Part shown: piece by piece, positions 1 to 12,915 of the stretch
Position numbering within the stretch: the first letter of the stretch is position 1
How the letters are laid out: each line of letters begins with the position of its first letter
Notes under the pieces: model-generated
What the model was told of the DNA's origin: nothing
The model's database searches: none
Seen by the model: the letters and a program-made list of their open reading frames with translations, nothing else
Position numbers and translations under genes: made by a program
NCBI GenBank assembly: GCA_029260075.1
Contig: JAJDDY010000027.1
Span: forward strand, 126,086 to 190,085
Length of the DNA stretch: 64,000 nt
Direction of reading: 5' to 3'
Origin: Phycisphaerae bacterium
Lineage (GTDB): Bacteria; Planctomycetota; Phycisphaerae; UBA1845

Positions 1-106
1 AATCCGTAACGCTTACGGCGACCGGAACAATATCTGATTCAATCAATCGGACGATGCGGCGAAACCGCCGAGCCCGTCCATTTGCCAACACCCGCCCCAA
101 CCGCAC
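1..106 (-). CDS. Possible 5' end of the gene downstream of rpoB (rpoC expected by synteny), running off the window. Only open frame is a GTG/TTG-initiated frame; an SD+ATG at 119-117 opens just a 26-codon ORF.
   Basis: Synteny with rpoB. Frame analysis of bases 1-192 on the minus strand. No convincing beta-prime N-terminal motif visible in the ~35 codons available. Confidence 0.2.
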   Translation of the reverse strand, partial: MRLGRVLANGRARRFRRIVRLIESDIVPVAVSVTD

Positions 107-192
107 GGGCAGCTTTCATTGCTTACTTACCCCCTTCGTTCGAAACGCCAACAAATCGTCGTTGCGATCAAACGAAGAGAGAGCTGCTTGCC

Positions 193-3969
<3,777 letters not shown>

Positions 3970-4267
3970 AACGTACCCTTATGTCGTCATGGTCGATACC
4001 CATGGACCTCGATAACAGCCCAACCACCCCTGACGGGGGCTCGGCGCGATCCATAGGTGACAAGTCAGGGGACGACACATCGACCATACGGGCATCTGGT
4101 GGATCGGCCGTCCCACGAGGCCGATCGATCCCGCCCGCAGGCGATCGAGAACTATCGCGATCCGCGAATGCTGATGCGATCACCAAAGAGACCGCGCGTC
4201 GCAGCGTCGATCTCCAGGTGGGAATCGCGTCCGCGCCCAGAGGAGGGGGCGCAGAGCGCAACCACAA

Positions 4268-4672
4268 CTACTTAATGCTGGCGGCTCCGCCGGCTTCCTC
4301 GATTTCGCTCTTGATTTTCTCGGCATCTTCTTTGCTGATGCCTTCCTTGATCGGCTTCGGGCAAGACTCCACAAGTTCCTTCGCCTCTTTCAAGCCCAAC
4401 GACGTCAGTGCGCGAACCACCTTGATGACCTGAATCTTCTTATCGCCAAACGCCTCCAAGACGACCTCGAACTCGGTCTGTTCCACGGCCTCCTCGGCAG
4501 CGCCGCCGCCACCAGCCGCCATCACCACACCGCCGCCTGCCGGCTCGATACCGTGAACTTCCTTCAGACAGTCGACCAGCGACTGAGCGTCCTTGACCGT
4601 AAGACCGACGAGCTTATCCGCCAGTTCCGAGATATCCTTGCTGAATTCAACTGCGGGTGCTTCGGCCATCAT
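4268..4672 (-). CDS. rplL: 50S ribosomal protein L7/L12
   Basis: 134 aa with Gly/Ala hinge and C-terminal KEAKELVE...IKEGISKEDAEKIKSEIEEAGA motif. Confidence 0.95.
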   Translation of the reverse strand: MMAEAPAVEFSKDISELADKLVGLTVKDAQSLVDCLKEVHGIEPAGGGVVMAAGGGGAAEEAVEQTEFEVVLEAFGDKKIQVIKVVRALTSLGLKEAKELVESCPKPIKEGISKEDAEKIKSEIEEAGGAASIK

Positions 4673-4843
4673 TCGTCTCCTTCGGGCTAGTCAGCCAATC
4701 GCCACACCAATAGGTGCCCCGAACGTTTCGGGTCGTTTCATCTGCTGGTCGCAGACCAGTCGGCGTGCAGCGTGTTTCGTTAGTCAGTCGTGATCAGCGC
4801 TCCGACCACGGGTCAGCCATCTGGCCGACACGATTCCGCGTTG

Positions 4844-5356
4844 CTACGCGGCTTTGTCTATGATTGACTTCAGGCAACCGGCGATCTTCGATTGCGGCGA
4901 CTTCAGGCAGGCCGCAAGTGCGCGACCCGGCGACGCCGTAAGCATACCAATTTCACCCATCAGCTCCGCCCAGCTCTTCATTTTTGAGAGCTCCTCAACG
5001 GTCAGTAGCGACGGGTCGCCCTCGAGAATCGCCTGTTTGAGCGTAAGAGCGATGAATTCCTTGCGGGCATCCACCAGGACCTTGGCCGCATCGACAACAG
5101 AATCCGGCGCCGTGACCAATGCACACGGACCTTCCAGCGAGTCACCCAACGCAGCGAGCGGCCCGCCTGAAAAAGCGACACGCGCCTGACTAGTCTTGAC
5201 CACCTTCAACATCGCCGACTTTTCACGCAGCATGGCGCGAAGCGACTCTTGCTCAAGGACCTTCAGTCCCGTCATGTCGACCACGCAAGCGCTGTTCACG
5301 CCTTCGTAGGCCTTGCGGTAGGTCTCAGCAACTAAAGCTTTTACGGCTTTGCTCAT
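4844..5356 (-). CDS. rplJ: 50S ribosomal protein L10
   Basis: 170 aa. Position between rplA and rplL. L10-like sequence. Confidence 0.9.
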   Translation of the reverse strand: MSKAVKALVAETYRKAYEGVNSACVVDMTGLKVLEQESLRAMLREKSAMLKVVKTSQARVAFSGGPLAALGDSLEGPCALVTAPDSVVDAAKVLVDARKEFIALTLKQAILEGDPSLLTVEELSKMKSWAELMGEIGMLTASPGRALAACLKSPQSKIAGCLKSIIDKAA

Positions 5357-5423
5357 CTTGCGGTTCCGAGTCTGGGTTCGTCCCTGGAAGTCTGCTCAAC
5401 GACGATTGTGCCACGCAGCACGC

Positions 5424-6149
5424 CTAGCCGCTGGCGATCGTTACGGAAGGCGTACGCGTAGCCGACAAACAGATGCGTTTGATGTAGTGGCCCTTGGCGG
5501 CGGCTGGCTTGAGCTTGGTGATGTGCGAAATCACAGCCTCGATGTTTTCCTTAAGATCCTCGGCGGGAAAACTTGCCCGACCAACGGGAAGATGGATGTT
5601 CCCACCCTTGTCGTTGCGAAACTCAACACGACCACCTGAGAAGTCCTTGACCGCCGTGGCCACGTCCGCCGTGACCGTACCCGCCTTGGGCGTGGGCATC
5701 TTGCCCTGCGGGCCGAGCACGCGTCCGAGCTTGCCGACCTTGCCCATCATCGAGGGATGAGCGACGGCCACATCGAAATCGAGCCAACCACCTTGAATCT
5801 TCTTCACAAGCTCGTCGGTACCGACTTCCACAGCACCCGCAGCCTTGGCCGCCTCCGCTACGTCGCCGTCGCAAAAGGCAATGACCTTGCGCGCCTTACC
5901 CAGCCCCTTGGGCATGGTCAACGCACCGCGAAGCGCCTGATCCGCCTGCCGTGGATCGATGCCCAAGTGCATCACGATCTCAACGGTCTGGTCCGCACTC
6001 TTGCGCTTGCGGCCGTTCTTGTATGTACGGTCGACCTTGACCGTGGCCATGTCCTTGATGCGGGCAATCCCATCATCAACGCTTATGGCCACGCCCTCTT
6101 CGCCGCGAAGCTCGACTTGTTTCTTGTACCGAACGGTCTGATACGCCAT
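5424..6149 (-). CDS. rplA: 50S ribosomal protein L1
   Basis: 241 aa. L1 signature regions (VEVGTDELVKKIQ..., GKMPTPKAGTV). Confidence 0.95.
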   Translation of the reverse strand: MAYQTVRYKKQVELRGEEGVAISVDDGIARIKDMATVKVDRTYKNGRKRKSADQTVEIVMHLGIDPRQADQALRGALTMPKGLGKARKVIAFCDGDVAEAAKAAGAVEVGTDELVKKIQGGWLDFDVAVAHPSMMGKVGKLGRVLGPQGKMPTPKAGTVTADVATAVKDFSGGRVEFRNDKGGNIHLPVGRASFPAEDLKENIEAVISHITKLKPAAAKGHYIKRICLSATRTPSVTIASG

Positions 6150-6182
6150 GATGAACCTTTGTAACTTGCCCGAAAACCAACC

Positions 6183-6617
6183 CTAGTCGACGACATCGAT
6201 ACCCATCGATCGGGCTGTGCCTGCAATGATCCGCTCTGCAGCTTCCAGCGTGTTCGCATTGAGATCGGCCAGCTTCTTTTCCGCGATTCCACGAACCTGT
6301 TCCGAAGTCACCGTGCCCACTTTTTCCATGTGGGGCACACCACTACCCTTCGCAATCTGAGCCGCATCTTTCAGCAGGACCGCGGCCGGCGGGCTCTTCA
6401 CCTCATAGGTAAACGACTTGTCCCGATAGACCGAGATCACCACCGTCACCAACATCCCGTTGAGCGCCCCGGTGGTGGCGTTAAACTGCTGAACGAACTG
6501 CCCGATATTGACGCCGTGCTGCCCGAGCGCCGGTCCGATCGGCGGCGCGGGCGTAGCCTTGCCGCCTGGCGCTTGCAATCTGATCGTTGCCGCTACTTCT
6601 TTGCCCTGTTTCGCCAC
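6183..6617 (-). CDS. rplK: 50S ribosomal protein L11
   Basis: 144 aa. [16 protein letters not shown] motif typical of L11. Confidence 0.95.
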   Translation of the reverse strand: MAKQGKEVAATIRLQAPGGKATPAPPIGPALGQHGVNIGQFVQQFNATTGALNGMLVTVVISVYRDKSFTYEVKSPPAAVLLKDAAQIAKGSGVPHMEKVGTVTSEQVRGIAEKKLADLNANTLEAAERIIAGTARSMGIDVVD

Positions 6618-6688
6618 GGTTCGCCCTATCCTCTACTTCGTAATCGGCCCTGGCCACAGACACCTGTCGCAACCAAAACGGCCGAACG

Positions 6689-7300
6689 CTATTCGACTTT
6701 TTCGAGTTGCCAATATCCGACCTCGACCGGCGTCATGCGGCCGAATATCGAAACGACGACGTTGACCATGCCACGCCGCTCGTCGACCGACTCGACCTCG
6801 CCCTCGAAACTCTCGAAGGCGCCGTCGGTAATCTTTACCTGATCGCCCGGATGAATATTCAAACCGGATAGCGTCGGCTCGTCCTCAGACTTCTGCGAGG
6901 CGGCCAACATTTGCACGACGTCGTGTTCCGGCATGCTCGTGGGCTTGCCCCCGGAGCCGATGAAGTCTCCGACGCCGGAGGTTTCTTTGACCACGAACCA
7001 GACGTTCTCGGTCACCGAACCATCTTCTTCGCACGCCATTTCCACGAAGACATAACCCGGATAGAGCTTACGCTCCGTCACACGAAGTACGCCGGAACGC
7101 ATCCGCTTTTCCTTGAGCGTAGGAACCAGCACACGCCCGATCCGATCTTCCAACGCCTCGATCTTTATTTTGCGCTGGAGCGCATCGCGGACCCGCTCCT
7201 CCTTGTTGGATGCCACACGGAGGACATACCACTGCATTCCCGCAGCGGTACTGGACGACTCATCCGTCGTCTCCACAGGTGTCGAGTCCACATCGGTCAT
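6689..7300 (-). CDS. nusG: Transcription termination/antitermination factor NusG
   Basis: NGN + KOW domain sequence (WYVLRV..., KOW near C-terminus). Start placed at an internal ATG that forms an ATGA overlap with the secE stop. Confidence 0.85.
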   Translation of the reverse strand: MTDVDSTPVETTDESSSTAAGMQWYVLRVASNKEERVRDALQRKIKIEALEDRIGRVLVPTLKEKRMRSGVLRVTERKLYPGYVFVEMACEEDGSVTENVWFVVKETSGVGDFIGSGGKPTSMPEHDVVQMLAASQKSEDEPTLSGLNIHPGDQVKITDGAFESFEGEVESVDERRGMVNVVVSIFGRMTPVEVGYWQLEKVE

Positions 7301-7839
7301 GACTTCAACACACCCAGCCAACTGAACAGGGACTGAAAACTAAGGTCGACAGTAAACAGCAAGATCGCGAGAAGAGCGGTAAACACAATGACCACCTTGG
7401 TCGAACCGATCACTTCACGCCGGCTAGACCAACTCACTTTCTTCATCTCGCCTTCGGTGGCGATCATGAAGTCGCTGCTCTTGCGACTGACAAACGCCAC
7501 ACGCCACGCGAACGCACCGAGAATCACGCCAACGGCGATCGCAATACCCGGCGTAACAAGAAGCCGCCAAGCCTCGGACCCCTGGTACCCTACCAACTGA
7601 TCGTTAAGGAAATACACACCCCAAACGATCAACAACGCCAAGCCGACAAACGTCGACCGGCGCGTATAGATACCCTGCTCCGGCTTGTAGGCCTCAAGAA
7701 ACCCGCCACGCACTACCGGCTTGCCCGGGCGCCGCGGCGATCCGCCAGACCCGTCACCGGAACCACGGTCGGAGGAGTCAGGCGTACCACCTTCCGGCGG
7801 CCCGCCAGGGGCCACGGCCGTCATCTCGGTCTGATCCAT
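7297..7839 (-). CDS. secE: Preprotein translocase subunit SecE, with a long Gly/Pro/Ser-rich N-terminal extension
   Basis: Three predicted TM helices plus a conserved C-terminal SecE region. Canonical position between tRNA-Trp and nusG. Confidence 0.8.
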   Translation of the reverse strand: MDQTEMTAVAPGGPPEGGTPDSSDRGSGDGSGGSPRRPGKPVVRGGFLEAYKPEQGIYTRRSTFVGLALLIVWGVYFLNDQLVGYQGSEAWRLLVTPGIAIAVGVILGAFAWRVAFVSRKSSDFMIATEGEMKKVSWSSRREVIGSTKVVIVFTALLAILLFTVDLSFQSLFSWLGVLKS

Positions 7840-7924
7840 GAGTAAGTCAGCTTTCTATCAGTCATCATCCGTGCCGAACACCTGACACTACTTTCGCGAC
7901 CATTCCCCGCGACGCACTCGCCGA

Positions 7925-7997
7925 CAGGAGCGGAGGGAATCGAACCCCCAACCCCCGGTTTTGGAAACCGGTGCTCTGCCAATTGAGCTACGCTCCT
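7925..7997 (-). tRNA. tRNA-Trp (anticodon CCA)
   Basis: Cloverleaf readable on the minus strand: AGGAGCG acceptor stem, anticodon loop CU-CCA-AA, GGTTCGATTCC T-arm. Canonical location upstream of secE. Confidence 0.9.
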
Positions 7998-8034
7998 TGC
8001 AGATTCCTGGTGACACCAACGAGGGTGAGGTTGA

Positions 8035-8202
8035 TTACTTCCTCTTGATCTTGTGAACCGTGCGCTTGCGCTCCCGCTTACAGAATTTCTTCAATTCCAT
8101 CTTCGGCGTTCCGCCCATCACGTTCACACTGGTGCGGTAGTTGAGATCCTTGCACTCCGTGCACTGCAACCAGACGTATTCTCGTTTTGCTGCTTTGGCC
8201 AT
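8035..8202 (-). CDS. rpmG: 50S ribosomal protein L33
   Basis: 55-aa ORF, below the track cutoff, translated by hand: MAKAAKREYVWLQCTECKDLNYRTSVNVMGGTPKMELKKFCKRERKRTVHKIKRK. Zinc-ribbon CxxC...CxxC L33 fold. Confidence 0.85.
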   Translation of the reverse strand: MAKAAKREYVWLQCTECKDLNYRTSVNVMGGTPKMELKKFCKRERKRTVHKIKRK

Positions 8203-8240
8203 GCCTACGCCCCAACCCTACCACGCCGTCGTTCGGCCTG

Positions 8241-9443
8241 TTACTCGACTACCTTAACCACGACACCCGAACCGACGGTACGACCGCCTTCGCGGACCGC
8301 AAAACGCAAACCCTGGTCCATGGCAATCGCCTTACCAAGACTCACATCCATGACAATATTGTCGCCCGGCATGCACATCTCCGCACCCTGAAGCGTCAAC
8401 GAACCCGTCACATCCGTCGTACGGAAGTAGAACTGAGGACGATACCCACTGAAGAACGGCGTATGTCGACCACCCTCCTCTTGGGTTAACACATAAACCT
8501 GTGCCTCGAACTTCGTATGCGGACTAATGCTTCCCGGTTTGGCCAAAACCTGACCACGCTCGATCTCATCCTTCTTCGTTCCACGCAACAGACAGCCGAC
8601 ATTGTCGCCCGCCTGCCCATGATCGAGAAGCTTGTTGAACATCTCAACGCCGGTGACCGTCGTCTTGGCCGTATCGCCCAGACCAACGATTTCGACCTCG
8701 TCACCGACGGAAACCTTGCCACGATCGATTCGACCGGTGGCCACGGTGCCTCGACCCTTGATGCTGAACACGTCCTCAACCGACATCAGGAAATCCTGAT
8801 CGACGTCCCGTTCCGGCTCGGGAATCGAAGCATCCAAGGCGTCCATCAACTCGGTGATGCATTTATTCTTGGCTTCGTCACCGGGATCATTCATCGCAGG
8901 AAGAGCGGAACCGCGGATGACGGGGATGTTGTCGCCGTCGAAATCGTACTTGCTCATCAACTCGCGGACTTCCATCTCGACCAGGTCGAGAAGCTCTTCG
9001 TCGTCCACGAGGTCGACCTTGTTCAAGAACACCACGAGGTGAGGCACGTCGACCTGACGGGCTAGAAGAATATGCTCGCGAGTTTGAGGCATCGGGCCGT
9101 CAGCGGCCGAAACCACAAGAATCGCACCGTCCATCTGCGCGGCGCCGGTGATCATGTTTTTGACATAATCGGCGTGCCCCGGGCAGTCGATGTGCGCGTA
9201 ATGTCGCCCTTCCGTTTCGTACTCGACGTGCGACGTCGCGATCGTGAGAATCTTGGTCGCATCGCGGCGACCCTGAGATTCAGAAGCCTTCGCCACCTCG
9301 TCGTACGGCTTGAACGTCGCCAGGCCCTTGGCCGCTTGCACAGCTGTGATCGCCGCCGTCAACGTAGTCTTGCCATGGTCAACGTGGCCAATCGTGCCCA
9401 CGTTTAGATGCGGTTTGGTTCGTTCGAATGTGTCCTTGGCCAT
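8241..9443 (-). CDS. tuf: Elongation factor Tu
   Basis: [22 protein letters not shown]-motifs. Start trimmed to [12 protein letters not shown] (ATG at 9443); the track ORF extends 16 codons further upstream. Confidence 0.96.
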   Translation of the reverse strand: MAKDTFERTKPHLNVGTIGHVDHGKTTLTAAITAVQAAKGLATFKPYDEVAKASESQGRRDATKILTIATSHVEYETEGRHYAHIDCPGHADYVKNMITGAAQMDGAILVVSAADGPMPQTREHILLARQVDVPHLVVFLNKVDLVDDEELLDLVEMEVRELMSKYDFDGDNIPVIRGSALPAMNDPGDEAKNKCITELMDALDASIPEPERDVDQDFLMSVEDVFSIKGRGTVATGRIDRGKVSVGDEVEIVGLGDTAKTTVTGVEMFNKLLDHGQAGDNVGCLLRGTKKDEIERGQVLAKPGSISPHTKFEAQVYVLTQEEGGRHTPFFSGYRPQFYFRTTDVTGSLTLQGAEMCMPGDNIVMDVSLGKAIAMDQGLRFAVREGGRTVGSGVVVKVVE

Positions 9444-9623
9444 CCGGTGCCTTCCTCCACTAACCCGGCCCGCACAGCGGGCGGGCGTCAATTGAAAACC
9501 ATATCACCCAGGCAACCGACGCAACCGCCGGTTCACCCATCAAATGCCACTAACTTATCACTATGTCGCAGGCCTGATTGGCCAACAGTACCGCGCCGCC
9601 ATGCCAAACCAGCCAGACAAAAA

Positions 9624-9695
9624 GCTGCTGACGGGACTCGAACCCGTGACCTCGTCCTTACCAAGGACGCACTCTACCAACTGAGCTACAGCAGC
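9624..9695 (-). tRNA. tRNA-Thr (anticodon GGT)
   Basis: Minus-strand cloverleaf: GCTGCTG acceptor, anticodon loop CU-GGU-AA, GGTTCGAGTCC T-arm. Position upstream of tuf, as for thrT-tufB. Confidence 0.85.
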
Positions 9696-10226
9696 ACGCT
9701 AACCGCCTGCCATAGGCCGCCGGCAACGGCGCACACCAACTGGCCATCCGCCTGCGTGGGTACATCCTGGTAGATACGCACCACGGCGGTGTTCAAAACC
9801 GCATCGAGTCTTGGACCACCGTCACGCCAGGATCCAGACGCTCCAAAACCAGGAGCCCGGCGAGTATAAACATCGGCCCGAACCTGTCAAATGCAAAAAC
9901 CACAAAAAGAATCCACGACGGACACAAAACCGACGATAACGTGAAACTTCAATTAGTGTGGCCCGTGTGTGTGCTTCGTTCGGGAAACCAAACTGATCGC
10001 GAATCCGGGCACCGCCGCCGATGTCACCGCAATCTTCGCCTCAGCGAAAGGCACGCTGTCGCGCATCCCGCTTGTCCCCACCGGCATCGACCGCTACCAT
10101 TGGCGGCGTTGGCAGCGGCGACCGTTGGCCTGTGTTCTCCCCGCCCCACCGAGTTTCCGAGCACCGTCAGCGAGTTACAAGATCGAACTCCACGGGACTA
10201 CGACCGCCACCACCGGTCACCTGAAC

Positions 10227-12041
10227 ATGCCGCTCAGACCTTACACCACCAACGACCCACGCTACGCGGCACACGATCGACCGCGCGCGAGCACCGGCCC
10301 CGCTCAGCCCCATCTTGACCAGCTGACTGCCGCACGCGAGAGATTCGACGAGACCAAGACCTCCGCGATCACTCGGAGGCCGACAATCGTCGTCGCGGCG
10401 ATTGCGGGTCTGGCCGCAGGACTCGTGATTTTCCTGTCGAGCCCCGCAACGTACTACGGCGTAGCCACAATCCGCGCGTACGGGTTTTCCGACCCCGCTG
10501 CCTCCGGGCTCGCGAACGCGTCACTGGCGCCAATGCCCCTCTGGGATTGGCCGGATTCGCCCAACGTCAGACTGCAAAGCGTCACGCTCACCCGACCGGA
10601 CACCGTACGCATCGCCATCAGCTCGACCGATCGTGACGCCATTTCCGACGCTGCTCAACGCGCCGTCACAACGTTCCAGGGTCGGGTCAAGGCGATCGCG
10701 GCAGAAATACGCGATACGCCCGGACCGGATGAACGGGTGCTGACCACGCACCTCGACTCGCTCAGAACCCGTCTGGCCCAAGCAAAGGAAAAGATCGACG
10801 TGGCTGTGGCGCAGTGGCCGGTGACCGATCCCTCGCAACACCGGCAGGCGCTGCTCAGCCAGTGGCAAACGCTTCGCACCGATCTGGCTGGCACCCGTCA
10901 AGTTTGGGTGTCGGCGCAGTCGCAGGTCGATGAACTCCGCTACGCCCCAGCGCCAACGCATGGCGTGGTACGTACCGACATCCGCCGAGACCGCCTGGCC
11001 GCCGACCGAGCCCTTCAGCAAGACCTAAGCGAACTACACGTCACCTTAACCGAGTTGAAGCTACATCTGCTCACCGTCTGGCAAAACGCCGCCGCCAGCC
11101 TCGATTCGGTCGTCGCCAAGGTGGAAACGTTCACCGCCATCGTCGACACCGCGCAGACCACCGCCTCGAAAACACCCGACCAACGGGATACGATAGTGGA
11201 CCAGACCGCGTCCTATCACGAAGAGCTATCCCGCTTCGAAGGTATGTGGAACCGGGAGTTCACGACCCTACGCCTCGTCGACGTCGACCCAATGAGCGGA
11301 CAGGTCATCGACATCGCCCAGCGCGTTCGCCGAATCCTGAACGACTTCCTCTACACAAGCGGCAAACACCTGACAGCCGTCAGAACGTCGGTGCGAGATT
11401 TCGGTCGGGACGGACGCGACTCGGCTCGGTCGTACGTCTTTCAGTCTAACCTTGTGCGCCGCTTCGAGGCGTTGCAGTCGGCCCACCACCGGTTCGAGTT
11501 CGCCGGCGGAGCCATCGAAACCCCCGAGAATTTCCGCCTCGACGCCGCCCTGCTTTCCGCCCGTGGCCTGAGACGACGAACACAGGCCCGAATTCGCGGC
11601 ATCGATCAACAGCTTGAGACGGTGGCTTTGGAGCAAGCCAAGATTCGTCGGACCAAAGATCTCGAAATCGCAGAACAGGAGGCCATCGGTACGCGAAACT
11701 CAACGGACAAGACCGTCGACGAACTGCTGGCCATGCAAGAAGAATTGAATCTCTCAGCCGATCAGTCGGAGGCCTTCCTCCGTGCGACCATGAAAGCCGA
11801 AGTCGCCAACGCCCGATTCGAACGCGTGCAGGCCGACCTCGAAGACGTCGAGACCCGCCTGCAACGCGCCGTCGCCGACCGCACAACTCATGCCAACGCC
11901 ATCCGGGTCGAACTGCGCTCGTGCGAAGTCGGCGACCGACCCGTCAACCTATCCGCCCGCCTACGAACCAGCGGAATCGGCGCAACCCTAACGCTCGTCT
12001 TGGTCCTGCTGGGTCAATGGCTGTTTGTACGCCGAGGATAA
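10227..12041 (+). CDS. Hypothetical membrane protein with N- and C-terminal TM helices flanking a ~500-aa coiled-coil/helical exported domain (Wzz/PCP-like topology)
   Basis: Long ORF with coding-like composition. TM at IVVAAIAGLAAGLVIFL and at C-terminal LTLVLVLLGQWLFV. Start set at the first ATG after the Pro/Arg-rich non-coding-looking leader; the track ORF starts at 9969 with a non-ATG codon. Confidence 0.55.
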   Translation: MPLRPYTTNDPRYAAHDRPRASTGPAQPHLDQLTAARERFDETKTSAITRRPTIVVAAIAGLAAGLVIFLSSPATYYGVATIRAYGFSDPAASGLANASLAPMPLWDWPDSPNVRLQSVTLTRPDTVRIAISSTDRDAISDAAQRAVTTFQGRVKAIAAEIRDTPGPDERVLTTHLDSLRTRLAQAKEKIDVAVAQWPVTDPSQHRQALLSQWQTLRTDLAGTRQVWVSAQSQVDELRYAPAPTHGVVRTDIRRDRLAADRALQQDLSELHVTLTELKLHLLTVWQNAAASLDSVVAKVETFTAIVDTAQTTASKTPDQRDTIVDQTASYHEELSRFEGMWNREFTTLRLVDVDPMSGQVIDIAQRVRRILNDFLYTSGKHLTAVRTSVRDFGRDGRDSARSYVFQSNLVRRFEALQSAHHRFEFAGGAIETPENFRLDAALLSARGLRRRTQARIRGIDQQLETVALEQAKIRRTKDLEIAEQEAIGTRNSTDKTVDELLAMQEELNLSADQSEAFLRATMKAEVANARFERVQADLEDVETRLQRAVADRTTHANAIRVELRSCEVGDRPVNLSARLRTSGIGATLTLVLVLLGQWLFVRRG

Positions 12042-12139
12042 GGATTTCGGCACGCGGAAGCGGGAATAGGAACTCTCCTGCCTGGCGCTGAGCCACCCGA
12101 CACTGGACAATTCACGAGAATCCAGCAACATTTGGCCCG

Positions 12140-12676
12140 ATGCAAACAGCACGAACAGTAAAGGACAAGCAACTTGCGGTCGATCGGCTCGCATACGAAA
12201 TCCGCATGTTAGGTCGGACGGCAGAATTCCTTTCTCGTAAGCTCAAACGGAAACGGGCCCCGGTCATCCACAATGCGCTCATCCAGAGCTTTCTTCTAGC
12301 GACCCGCACCCTCCATGAATTCTTCTTCCGTGCCAGCGGCCACACGAACAACATTTACGCAAGAGACTTGATTGAAGACTGGGACATTAGCCCTCAGCTC
12401 TTTGAAGAGGGTATTCATTGGGACCTAGTCGATGAAGACATGAAAGGCCCCGGCGACAAGAGATTCTTCGACATTCTTACTCAGCGACTCCACCACATCA
12501 CTTGGCCTAGAGTGGACGAATCCAAACTGGATTGGCATGAACAAGTGATTCTTCGCCAGCTCGTAGAGCCGATTGAGAGACTTCACGCAACTCTTGCCCC
12601 AGAGCTACGCACGGAATATCTTGACGCATGCGTGACGGAATTCACAAGAACCGTCGCTCGGATAGAGGGACAGTGA
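12140..12676 (+). CDS. Hypothetical all-alpha protein encoded in a low-GC (~50%) island
   Basis: 178-aa ORF with an ATG start. Clearly lower GC and different codon usage (AGA, TTA) than its flanks. No recognisable family. Confidence 0.55.
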   Translation: MQTARTVKDKQLAVDRLAYEIRMLGRTAEFLSRKLKRKRAPVIHNALIQSFLLATRTLHEFFFRASGHTNNIYARDLIEDWDISPQLFEEGIHWDLVDEDMKGPGDKRFFDILTQRLHHITWPRVDESKLDWHEQVILRQLVEPIERLHATLAPELRTEYLDACVTEFTRTVARIEGQ

Positions 12677-12736
12677 GAACAGTGTTTCGGATATGAATTG
12701 GCGCGGCTTCTGCCTGGACGCGAATCCGAAAACCAA

Positions 12737-12772
12737 TCGAGTCCCCCACCTCTGAAGAGGGGGGCCACCCAC
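12737..12772. repeat. Second copy of the CGA(G/C)TCCCCCACCTCT(G/A)AAGAG..GGGCCACCCA element, immediately 3' of the low-GC ORF
   Basis: CGAGTCCCCCACCTCTGAAGAGGGGGGCCACCCA. Confidence 0.5.
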
Positions 12773-12915
12773 CAGATGCCCAGCCTAGAAATGTGTGCCG
12801 CTGGTCTGTGTGCGGTGCGGGTGAGCCCTCTCGCGGTTCACGACCAGCGACACTGCTCACAGAGCAGTGGCACACGTTGCAACGCTCGATCTCCCGCCTC
12901 GGGTTGACCGAAACA

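Noticed and set aside
9444-9491. 16-codon N-terminal extension of EF-Tu in the track
   Set aside because: EF-Tu universally begins near MAKxxFxRxKPH. The upstream codons are Arg/Gly-rich with no start context.
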